Of a DNA stretch of 64,000 nucleotides, positions 1 through 7,609 are shown in pieces. The translations under genes and the position numbers were made by a program. How positions within the stretch are numbered: the stretch's first letter is position 1; each line of letters opens with the position of its first letter. Origin of the DNA: an uncultured archaeon (lineage in GTDB: Archaea > Iainarchaeota > Iainarchaeia > Iainarchaeales > GCA-2688035); assembly GCA_964640195.1 (NCBI GenBank), contig CAZXIC010000004.1, positions 22,435 to 86,434 on the forward strand, read 5' to 3'. The notes beneath the pieces are model-generated. The model was not told the DNA's origin. It ran no database searches and was given only the letters and a program-made list of their open reading frames with translations.

Positions 1-357
1 GGCAGGAGCAGGGGCAGCAGAAACGGCGGCGGCTGGATAATGATTGTTGCAATCGCCACTGGCCTGCTGCTTGCCCTCATCACGCCGATAATCGCCCAGG
101 TGATTCGCTTTGCAATCAGCAGAAGGAGGGAATACCTTGCTGATGCAGGCTCTGCCCAGCTAACGCGCTATCCCCAGAGCCTGGCGTCCGCGCTGCAGAA
201 AATAAAGGAGGACAAGGAGCCTCTGGAGGCAGCGAATAAGGCAACCGCGCACCTCTACATTGCCAATCCTTTGAAGGGCCAAAAGATTTGGATGAAATCG
301 CTTTTTGCAACACATCCTTCAATTGATGACAGGATTGCAAAGCTCAGGGCAATGTGA
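1..357 (+). CDS. htpX: HtpX-family M48 zinc metalloprotease, C-terminal part (5' truncated by window)
   Basis: AISRRREYLADAGSA and LFATHPSIDDRI motifs. Confidence 0.9.
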   Translation, partial: GRSRGSRNGGGWIMIVAIATGLLLALITPIIAQVIRFAISRRREYLADAGSAQLTRYPQSLASALQKIKEDKEPLEAANKATAHLYIANPLKGQKIWMKSLFATHPSIDDRIAKLRAM

Positions 358-401
358 ACAAAGCCCGCAGGGCCCAAAGCGCTGCCCCCTGCAGCTGCTT
401 T

Positions 402-1580
402 TCAGATTATCCTTTTAAGAACGAACTGCGGCTCAAAGCGCTGCAGGTCCTTGTATTCTTGCCCTGTTCCAATGAACAATACCGGCTTGCGCAATTTGTA
501 CAAGAGGGAGATAGTGGTTCCGCCCTTGCTGTCGCAGTCTATTTTTGTAAGGATAAAAGCGTCAATGCCAACCTCCTTCTCATACTCTTTTGCCTGCTGC
601 AGCAGCGCCTGCCCTGTGAAGGCTTCCCCGACATAAAGCTTCAGGTCTGGCTGCACAACCCTGACGATTTTCTGCAACTCGCCCATGAGGTTCCTGTTCG
701 TTTCCTGCCTTCCCGCACTATCAATCATGAGGCAGTCAATTCCCTTGCTCTGGGCGCTCTTCACTGCGTCAAATGCAACCGCGGCAGGGTCTGCGCCGTA
801 CTGGTGCTTTATCACCTTGATTCCAAGCTTTCCGGCGTGCTGCTCAAGCTGTTCAATTGAGGCTGCCCTGAAGGTGTCTGACGCAGCCCAAATCACGCCC
901 AGCCCTTTGCTGCGCATCAGAAAAGCAAGCTTTGCCATTGTAGTCGTTTTTCCCGCACCATTTGGGCCCAGAAAAAGAATCTTGTATGGCTTTTCCTTCT
1001 TGCTTCTGACATTCTTCAGCAGGTCAGGCTGCGCTGTCTGCATCATCTGCTGCAGGATTTCCCTAATTTCCTTCTTCACCCTTCCCCCCAAATCCTCGCG
1101 CCTGCCAATCTTTTTTCCAACCAGCCTTTCCTTTATCTCCTTGCTGATTTCCTCTGCCGTTGTCTGCTCAACGTCTGCCTCAAGCAGTGCAAGCTCCAGC
1201 TCCCAGAGCAATGACCCAAGGTCGCGCCCCTCAAGCTCTACCGTGCCTTTTACAACCGCCTTCAGCTTCCCCTTTATTGAAACACTGGGCTTTATCTCGC
1301 GTGCGCTTTCTGGGACAGAAACAGCCTCTTCTGCCAATTTTTCCGGGAGTGGCTCTCCCGCAACTTTTTCCCCTTCAACCGCCTTTTCGCTTTCCGCCTC
1401 TCCTGCTTTCTCCTCTTCAACACTCTTTCCTGCAACAGCCCCTGCTTCCTTTTCCCCAACAGCGGCTGCCTTACCCAAGCCTTCAGAAACAGCTTCTTCA
1501 GCAGCTGCCTTCTTTTTTACCGCCTTTTCCTTTACCTTTTCCGCGAATCCCTGAATCTTCTTTTTTAGTAGGTCAAACAA
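402..1580 (-). CDS. ftsY: SRP receptor FtsY
   Basis: GPNGAGKTTT, DTFRAA, DSAGR, TKID GTPase motifs; E/K-rich N-terminal region; downstream of prefoldin. Confidence 0.97.
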   Translation of the reverse strand: MFDLLKKKIQGFAEKVKEKAVKKKAAAEEAVSEGLGKAAAVGEKEAGAVAGKSVEEEKAGEAESEKAVEGEKVAGEPLPEKLAEEAVSVPESAREIKPSVSIKGKLKAVVKGTVELEGRDLGSLLWELELALLEADVEQTTAEEISKEIKERLVGKKIGRREDLGGRVKKEIREILQQMMQTAQPDLLKNVRSKKEKPYKILFLGPNGAGKTTTMAKLAFLMRSKGLGVIWAASDTFRAASIEQLEQHAGKLGIKVIKHQYGADPAAVAFDAVKSAQSKGIDCLMIDSAGRQETNRNLMGELQKIVRVVQPDLKLYVGEAFTGQALLQQAKEYEKEVGIDAFILTKIDCDSKGGTTISLLYKLRKPVLFIGTGQEYKDLQRFEPQFVLKRII

Positions 1581-1581
1581 T

Positions 1582-2067
1582 TCAGCTCACGCTTCTTGCT
1601 GCGTTGCCCTGCTCTCCCTCTTTTCCACTTCTTGCCTGCTCAGCCGCCCTTTGCCTTATCTGCGTGAAAAGCCTTTCGAAGTTTTTGATGTTCCGCACCA
1701 CAGCCTGCTTTTCCTGCTCGGCAGCAACCAGTGCCTTTTCAACTTTTTGCCTTTCCTCGCCAAGCTTCTTTCCGGCTTTTTCACTGTCAGTGTCAATCAG
1801 AACGTTTCCAGGCAGGCTGGTTTTCACTCCTCGCACTGCACCGGCTTTCGCTTCAGCGTATACCCCTGCTCCGAGCGAAACCAAAACGCTTTCATCTTTC
1901 TTTGCCTTGTGCAGTTCCTTTACCGCTTCCCTCGCCGTGAGAATCTCTGCAAGAGCCTGCTGCAGGTTGCGCTGCCTTTGCTGCAGCATCTCAAACTTTG
2001 TCACTTCGCTTCTGTACGCATCCATCAGCTGCCGCTCGCTTACCCTAATCTGCTTTTGTTTCTCCAT
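1582..2067 (-). CDS. pfdA: Prefoldin alpha subunit
   Basis: Coiled coils flanking VLVSLGAGVYAEA hairpin; conserved archaeal gene order. Confidence 0.9.
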   Translation of the reverse strand: MEKQKQIRVSERQLMDAYRSEVTKFEMLQQRQRNLQQALAEILTAREAVKELHKAKKDESVLVSLGAGVYAEAKAGAVRGVKTSLPGNVLIDTDSEKAGKKLGEERQKVEKALVAAEQEKQAVVRNIKNFERLFTQIRQRAAEQARSGKEGEQGNAARSVS

Positions 2068-2258
2068 TATGCCTCAACCTCTTTTGCTTCACTTATAAAT
2101 ATGTCGCTTCTCTTTAACCTGTTTTTGCTTCCAAACAGGCACAGCACTTTTTCAGCCGCAAAGCCGGCTGTCTTCGCTTTTACTTTCTTGCTGAAGCCCT
2201 GCTTTTTTCCCTTTAGTCGCAGTTCGCCTTCAACCAAAAAAACCTTCTCATCAGGCAT
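2067..2258 (-). CDS. rpl18a: 50S ribosomal protein L18Ae (LX)
   Basis: AEKVLCLFGSKNRLKRSDIFI motif; between eIF6 and prefoldin; start re-chosen at MPDEK. Confidence 0.85.
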   Translation of the reverse strand: MPDEKVFLVEGELRLKGKKQGFSKKVKAKTAGFAAEKVLCLFGSKNRLKRSDIFISEAKEVEA

Positions 2259-2262
2259 TTTT

Positions 2263-2925
2263 TCACGCTCCGCCCAGACATTCGTCAATCCTCGCCATTT
2301 CGTGCCCTGTCGTGTGCAGGCCAAGCAGCGCCGAGCTGCTGTTCGCTATTACACTGTTTCCAACGAATGCATCGCCGCAGTTTGCTGTTGAAGGCCTGCC
2401 CTCCAAACCAAAGTGTTTGCTCAGGGCAGCAAACTCTTTTTCCGTTGCCCCCGGGCTTATCAAAAAGCCCTTGTTCGTTGCAACAAGCCCAGCCCCGACC
2501 AGCCTGCTGCCTGCAACAGAGCCGTAAGCAAGGTCTATTGAAAGAAACCTCCCTAGCTGCTTCCTTTGCTTTTCTGAAAACAGCGTTGAGCAGACGCCAT
2601 TCCTGTCGTTTACAGCCATGTGGTTTCCCACTGCGGTAACATTTTCAACCCTCTTAACCCTTACGCCCATTTTCTGCAGCTCCTCAACTTCACGCTCTCC
2701 GATTATGCCTGAGGCAACCAAGCCCTTGTTGTTTGCGACAGCAAACACCCCAAGCAGGCTGCTGTTTGCAACCGTTGCTTTTATCGCCTCTAAGCCAAAC
2801 AAGTCCTTCACTGCCTTTGCCTCCTTTCTTGCGATGCTCTTTGGAACGAAAATAACCCTCTCGGTTGCAATGGAAAAGACCCCGACAAAAGGGCTTTGCC
2901 TCACTGTTCCGAGCCCTATCTGCAT
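2263..2925 (-). CDS. eif6: Translation initiation factor 6 (aIF6)
   Basis: SPFVGVF, LLGVFAVANNKG, G(S/A)GLVATNKG-type repeats, TTGHEMARI; synteny. Confidence 0.92.
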   Translation of the reverse strand: MQIGLGTVRQSPFVGVFSIATERVIFVPKSIARKEAKAVKDLFGLEAIKATVANSSLLGVFAVANNKGLVASGIIGEREVEELQKMGVRVKRVENVTAVGNHMAVNDRNGVCSTLFSEKQRKQLGRFLSIDLAYGSVAGSRLVGAGLVATNKGFLISPGATEKEFAALSKHFGLEGRPSTANCGDAFVGNSVIANSSSALLGLHTTGHEMARIDECLGGA

Positions 2926-2941
2926 TCAATTCAAACCTTTT

Positions 2942-3385
2942 TTATTTAAGCGTTCCCCTTTTGATTGCGGCTGCTTCCGCAGCCCTTTCAGCTGCCTTCT
3001 TCTCCTCTTTCTTGCGTTCTTTTTCAGCCTCTGCGGCAATCTCTTCTTCAGTTTTTTTCTTCTCCTCTTTCTTCTTCTCCTCCTTCTTCGGCACATGCAC
3101 TTTCTCGCTTTGCAGGAAAACGTTTGCCTTCCCCTTGTCCACTATGACCTTTATGTCAAGCTTTCTCGGCACATGCTCCCTGCCCTTCTTCCAAAGCTGC
3201 TGGTTCAGCTTGCTGCTCAACAGCACGTCTCTTTCCCCCAGCCTCAGGTGCTTGAAAACAAACCTTTTCAGCAGGGTAATTGCCTTGTTTGCCCTTCTCT
3301 TTTTTGGGAATGAGTACAGCTTTTGCAGCCCCACAGTAAATTTCCTTTCCTCAAGTGCTGCCTTTTCCTTTTTTCGCTTTGCCAT
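2942..3385 (-). CDS. rpl31e: 50S ribosomal protein L31e with K/E-rich C-terminal extension
   Basis: KKRRANKAITLLKRFV...LNQQLWKKGREHVPRKL; synteny. Confidence 0.92.
   Translation of the reverse strand: MAKRKKEKAALEERKFTVGLQKLYSFPKKRRANKAITLLKRFVFKHLRLGERDVLLSSKLNQQLWKKGREHVPRKLDIKVIVDKGKANVFLQSEKVHVPKKEEKKKEEKKKTEEEIAAEAEKERKKEEKKAAERAAEAAAIKRGTLK
2956..3031. repeat. 76-bp exact direct repeat, copy 1 (in rpl31e tail)
   Basis: Identical base by base to 4154-4229. Confidence 0.95.
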
Positions 3386-3404
3386 GCCCTACAACACCCT
3401 GCTT

Positions 3405-3626
3405 TCAATCCTTTTTTCTCCTCAGCGCAGCCTTTTCCCTGTGTTTCCTTTTCCTGTGCTGCTTCCCCAGGTCCACTTCGCCCCAGGAACGCTTTCCCTT
3501 AGGGTTCCAAATCCTTTTCCCTGCCTTTTGCAGGACCCATACCGGCGCGTTGGTCAGCCCAGGGCCTATCTTTTTCCTGCTGCTTATCAGGAAATCCTTT
3601 AACTCTTGGTCTTTATTCTTAGCCAT
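3405..3626 (-). CDS. rpl39e: 50S ribosomal protein L39e, C-terminally extended
   Basis: APVWVLQKAGKRIWNPKGKRSW resembles L39e core; directly upstream of rpl31e. Confidence 0.8.
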   Translation of the reverse strand: MAKNKDQELKDFLISSRKKIGPGLTNAPVWVLQKAGKRIWNPKGKRSWGEVDLGKQHRKRKHREKAALRRKKD

Positions 3627-3741
3627 AGCTGTCACGCCCAGCTGATGCGGATGCCATCTTCGCAATCCGAGCAGCCGGATTGGCTACTGCCTCGCTTTGC
3701 TCGGCTTGCTCGATGCCATGTGCTACTTACAACAGCCATAA

Positions 3742-4053
3742 TCATTTCCTCTTTATTTTTATCTCCCTCTTGTTTCTAAGTGCTTCCAGCAGCTGCCGCA
3801 ACTGCTCTTCGCTCAACTTAGCAGCGATTTTCCCGCTCTCATGCAAGTAAATTATCGCCTGAACTGCTTTAAGGTAAAGTTCTCTGTTAACGAGCTTGAC
3901 GTTGTTCAGCCTTGCCTTTGCCTCTTCGCTCAGCAGCGCTCTTACAACCTGGTTTAGCTTCGACTCTGCCTCAACCTCACGCTGCTTTTCTTCGTAGCGC
4001 TTCTTGATTTCCACAAGCCTCTGCTGCCTCAACCTTTCCTGCTCGTCATTCAT
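3742..4053 (-). CDS. PDCD5/TFAR19-like DNA-binding protein
   Basis: LLSEEAKARLNNVKLV, LSEEQLRQLL, EIKIKRK; follows rps19e. Confidence 0.9.
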   Translation of the reverse strand: MNDEQERLRQQRLVEIKKRYEEKQREVEAESKLNQVVRALLSEEAKARLNNVKLVNRELYLKAVQAIIYLHESGKIAAKLSEEQLRQLLEALRNKREIKIKRK

Positions 4054-4097
4054 TTTCCTTCCCAACCTCCAATCCAATGAATTCCTTCTGCACCCAC

Positions 4098-4784
4098 TTA
4101 GCCTGCATTACTCTCCAGCTTCCTTTCCGGTTCTTTTTCTTCCTTCACTTGTGCCCTTTTGATTGCGGCTGCTTCCGCAGCCCTTTCAGCTGCCTTCTTC
4201 TCCTCTTTCTTGCGTTCTTTTTCAGCCTCCTTTAGCTTCAGCCTTTTCTCCTCCTCTTGCCTGCGCAGCTCTTCCGCAACCCTTTTCTCTTCACCCGCCT
4301 TCTGCCCTTCAACAGTTTCCGGTTTCTCTTCCCTTTGCTTCCCTTCCAGGGCTTCGTGCTTTGCAAGAGCCGCGGCAACCTCCTTTGCCTTCCTGTTCAA
4401 GTAAGAGTGCCCCTTTCCCGTAATAACCCTGCCTTTCTTCTCTTTTTTCACATATCCCTGTTTCTCAAGCGTCTGCAGGCAGGTTCTTACAATCTTCCCG
4501 CTTGCTTTCCTAAAATGGTGCCTTTTTGTCCCTTTGTTTTTCTTTCCGCCATAGTAGGTGCGCAGACTCTCTGTCCCAAGCGGTCCTTCCTTAAAGACCC
4601 TGTACAGCACTGATGCAAGCCTTACGTAAAACCACAGCCTGTTGTCTGGCGCCCTTTCCCTGCTGGTGCCTGTTTTGACAAATGCAGCCCATTCCGGTGC
4701 CTGAATACCCTGTTTCCTTAAATCTGCCGCTATCTCAGCAAGCAGCTTTCCCGCAGGCACATCAAATACGCTCAAATAATCCAC
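4098..4784 (-). CDS. rps19e: 30S ribosomal protein S19e with long K/E-rich C-terminal extension
   Basis: PEWAAFVKTGTSRERAP, WFYVRLASVLYRV, ASGKIVRTCLQTLE. Confidence 0.97.
   Translation of the reverse strand: MDYLSVFDVPAGKLLAEIAADLRKQGIQAPEWAAFVKTGTSRERAPDNRLWFYVRLASVLYRVFKEGPLGTESLRTYYGGKKNKGTKRHHFRKASGKIVRTCLQTLEKQGYVKKEKKGRVITGKGHSYLNRKAKEVAAALAKHEALEGKQREEKPETVEGQKAGEEKRVAEELRRQEEEKRLKLKEAEKERKKEEKKAAERAAEAAAIKRAQVKEEKEPERKLESNAG
4154..4229. repeat. 76-bp exact direct repeat, copy 2 (in rps19e tail)
   Basis: Identical to 2956-3031; encodes EAEKERKKEEKKAAERAAEAAAIKR in both genes. Confidence 0.95.
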
Positions 4785-4972
4785 TCCAAAAATTTCAACC
4801 GCGCCTTTCGGCGCATTTGCTCAAGCGCGATTGCAGCGCGAGCTTCTAAAAATTAGAAGCCCTTAACCAATCTCCTCCCCAGCAAGGTTTTTAAAGGATT
4901 GGTTTTTACGCCAATCCTCTACCATATTTATTTAAATACAAAAGGGGCAGTTATTTGGGGGCGGTCTTTTTG

Positions 4973-5379
4973 GTGAAACCCGCAAAAAGTCCAAAGGGCA
5001 GGACTAAGAGAACCTGGCAAGGGAGTCTTTTATCAACAGACCCCTTCCGTGTTCAAGTCCGCGAGCCCCGCCACAAATATGAGATCAGCACCCTTGCTGT
5101 GGACCCAAATCTCAATTATTTCACTAGCCGCAGGGGACGTGAGGAGCATCGCGGGGTTGCAACGCGAAAGAGCGACTTCAAACAACTTTCTGATTTTCTC
5201 AAGAGCAAACAAACAGCAGAGTGCTTGGGTTCGAGGTTAAGTTAACTAAATTGGATAACGAGTTCAGAATTGTTAGGAAGGACGGGAGCTTATTGCATCC
5301 GCTGGCAGCAGGCCAAGTGCAGAGGCTGTTGAGGGGTTGGAGTGCAAGATATCCTCCAAAGAAAGCAAAAAACCTCTAA
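4973..5379 (+). pseudogene. Basic orphan protein with an apparent 1-nt deletion near 5207-5213 (or sequencing error)
   Basis: First frame stops at 5245; a shifted frame reads protein-like VLGFEVKLTKLDNEFRIVRKDG... to TAA 5379, overlapping the rnp4 stop. Confidence 0.5.
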
Positions 5380-5678
5380 CCCGTGTTTTTTCTTTTCTTG
5401 AACAGTGCACCGCATTCTTTGCACGTTATTTCAAGCATTGTGCCAGCTTCCCCGCTTTCGCTGTTTTTTCCTTCAACAAGGAAGGCGCCGCATTTTTTGC
5501 AGTAGCGCTTCTTCAGCTCTGCGGGAATCGGCGCTTTGTTCCTGCTGCTGATTCTGCGCGCCAGCCCAACATAGCGCCTGCTGCGCTCCGGATGCGCTGT
5601 GAATTCCTGTTCCGCCAACTCAAAAAGGCGCCAGATGCGCTCCAGGGCGATTTTTGCCCTTGCGTTCTTTGATGGCAT
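5376..5678 (-). CDS. rnp4: RNase P protein component 4 (Rpp21)
   Basis: IALERIWRLF, RYVGLARRI, KRYCKKC...CKECG zinc ribbon. Confidence 0.93.
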   Translation of the reverse strand: MPSKNARAKIALERIWRLFELAEQEFTAHPERSRRYVGLARRISSRNKAPIPAELKKRYCKKCGAFLVEGKNSESGEAGTMLEITCKECGALFKKRKNTG

Positions 5679-5777
5679 GAAAACACCTGCTGCTGCGCAG
5701 CAAAAACAATTGGGCGATAAAGCGTTTAAAAAAGGAAACTAAGGCATTTCAGCAGCTGGGCAAATCCAGATGGCAAT

Positions 5778-7373
5778 TTAAGGGAATAATCTCGGCTGCC
5801 CATCCTCTGCCAATAATCTTGATGCCCATGCTATCAAGCTTAGGGGTGCACCTGTCACCCCTTTGTTCTGACCGATGACATTGTCGCCGCCGAGCGTCAG
5901 GTCATAGGCGATAGAGACAAATAAATCCCTTAACTCCGCATCATATGCAGAAAGCCTGTGCCATCCTAACCAGACATTGCCTATTCCGCCCGGGCCCAGG
6001 CCATCTATATCATCGTCTTTTCCGTCAATATAATTATTGAAATAAAAGGAGGGCAACTTGTCAATTCTCCAGATGTTATCCTTGAAGGATGCAATCACAT
6101 TATTCAGCGTTTCATCTGCCGGCAGCATTCCTTCCCCATAAGTATGGCAGATTGCCCAGCTGGTCCTGTTAGCATGCGAGGTATCCAATACGCTAGAACA
6201 GCCCAATTGCGTCCAGACGAGAGTATCATCCTCCATGTGATAAATTCCCCAGCCGTTAGGCACTACATCTCTGTATACCGGGTCCGGGTACGCTTCGCAA
6301 AACTCATCTTTTTCTGTAAGATAAACGTCAAATATGAACTGAGCCCACTCACCGTATGGATATGTATCATACCCAAGTTCGCTCAGGGCAAGGCAGATGT
6401 CTGCGAAATGCAGCCGTTTATCGCGGTTTCTATCCAGCACTGAAAGCATAGCTATATTAGACCCGGAACTTGGAGTTATAAACTCTGCGGGAGTTCGGTC
6501 TGGGTCGTAGTACAGCCATTTTTCTACGATATTGGACTCAACAAAATCAGATATTTCCTGCCAGCCGTCCATGTTTTCCTGTTTTAGTGCGGATGCAACC
6601 ATCATAAGCCCTGCTGCTCCCTGGAAATCGTTCAGCTGCCCGTGGCCGCCTGTGCTTTCCACTCCTGCTAAGAAACACGGCCAGGTCCCTCTATCCTTAG
6701 TACCCCACCACAATGTACGCTGGTTTGCACTGGCGTCTGCTATTGCTTTGAGTGCTAGTTGCCTTGCCTTTTTGATGTATTTATCATTGTGAGTGGCGCG
6801 GTGCATATCGAGAAGTGCCTGCAGTTCCTGGCGGAAATAATAAAAGCTGCCCTCCTCAGTAGCAATGTTTCTATTGCTGCTGTAATATGTTGTGTAATAA
6901 AGGTCAAATGCTTGGGTTAACCGATTGTACAATAGAACTCTGTTTTCAGGGTCTGATGGCTCGTATGCTGGGTCTATCGTGGGCAAATCCAAAAATAGAG
7001 GTTTCAGGTGGTCGGAACTGTATGTTTCTTTTGGTTGGCAACTCCCGCAATCCCAGGGGCAGGTTTCACAGGTTTCGGCTCCTTTGCAGTCGCCGTCTTC
7101 GTCACATTCCGCTGGCAGGCTGCCCCTGATTCCGCTCGGTAAACACACGAAGAAGTCGTCTGGCCCTGTTGCCTCCGTTGTTCTGTCTTTCTGTACTGCG
7201 ATGCATCTGCCATCATCAGAGCAGGCATCGTAGGTGGTTTTTGAAGAGCATACTGCGCCTGTGCTGGCAACCAGGGCTGCGCCTGTTATGAGAGCAATAA
7301 CTATTGCTACAACTAATACAGCGCCCCCTATTAACAGCAGGTATTCCAAGGCGCCCTGCGCTTTGCTGCCCAT
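5778..7373 (-). CDS. Class III signal (pilin-like) N-terminus + Cys linker + probable alpha/alpha-barrel glycosidase-like domain
   Basis: KA/QGALEYLLLIGGAVLVVAIV prepilin motif; ETCETCPWDCGSC linker; helical aromatic-rich C-domain (ALLDMHRATHNDKYIKKA); cargo call tentative. Confidence 0.75.
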   Translation of the reverse strand: MGSKAQGALEYLLLIGGAVLVVAIVIALITGAALVASTGAVCSSKTTYDACSDDGRCIAVQKDRTTEATGPDDFFVCLPSGIRGSLPAECDEDGDCKGAETCETCPWDCGSCQPKETYSSDHLKPLFLDLPTIDPAYEPSDPENRVLLYNRLTQAFDLYYTTYYSSNRNIATEEGSFYYFRQELQALLDMHRATHNDKYIKKARQLALKAIADASANQRTLWWGTKDRGTWPCFLAGVESTGGHGQLNDFQGAAGLMMVASALKQENMDGWQEISDFVESNIVEKWLYYDPDRTPAEFITPSSGSNIAMLSVLDRNRDKRLHFADICLALSELGYDTYPYGEWAQFIFDVYLTEKDEFCEAYPDPVYRDVVPNGWGIYHMEDDTLVWTQLGCSSVLDTSHANRTSWAICHTYGEGMLPADETLNNVIASFKDNIWRIDKLPSFYFNNYIDGKDDDIDGLGPGGIGNVWLGWHRLSAYDAELRDLFVSIAYDLTLGGDNVIGQNKGVTGAPLSLIAWASRLLAEDGQPRLFP

Positions 7374-7412
7374 CAGCTATAATAGCATTCAAACTACTAT
7401 AAAACGGTTTTT
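7113..7412. repeat. 300-bp promoter + pilin-domain cassette, copy 1
   Basis: Matches 10652-10951; 7219-7412 identical, 12 mismatches in 7113-7218. Confidence 0.95.
7397..7412 (-). promoter_or_regulatory. BRE/TATA promoter, probably giving a leaderless mRNA
   Basis: AAAAACCG-TTTTATAG 24-39 nt upstream of ATG 7373; same at 10936-10951; similar TTATATAG at 12419-12426. Confidence 0.65.
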
Positions 7413-7609
7413 TTGCGGAAAAAAGCAGGTGGCATGGTAGCATGGTTTGAACCTGGCTTCAACTTGCCTGCCAGGCTTTGCATTCAGCCTATCAGCCTGC
7501 TGTAGCCCAAGGCAGCTGCTTTTGCCTCTGTATGCTATCTCAAAAATAAAACTGGCATTGCTTATTTGCTTCCGCACACGTCACTAAGTTTTTGTTTCGC
7601 ACCCGTCAC

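Noticed and set aside
685-1554. Long antisense ORFs here and at 33767-34978 and 46185-47237
   Set aside because: S/F/L-rich shadows of K/E-rich genes on the opposite strand, with no motifs.
5755-7465. Short T-arm-like strings (CTGGGCAAATCCAG near 5756, GGTTTGAACCTGG near 7444) as att remnants of an island in tRNA-Gly
   Set aside because: Matches are short and gapped, one is in the wrong orientation, and no integrase is present.
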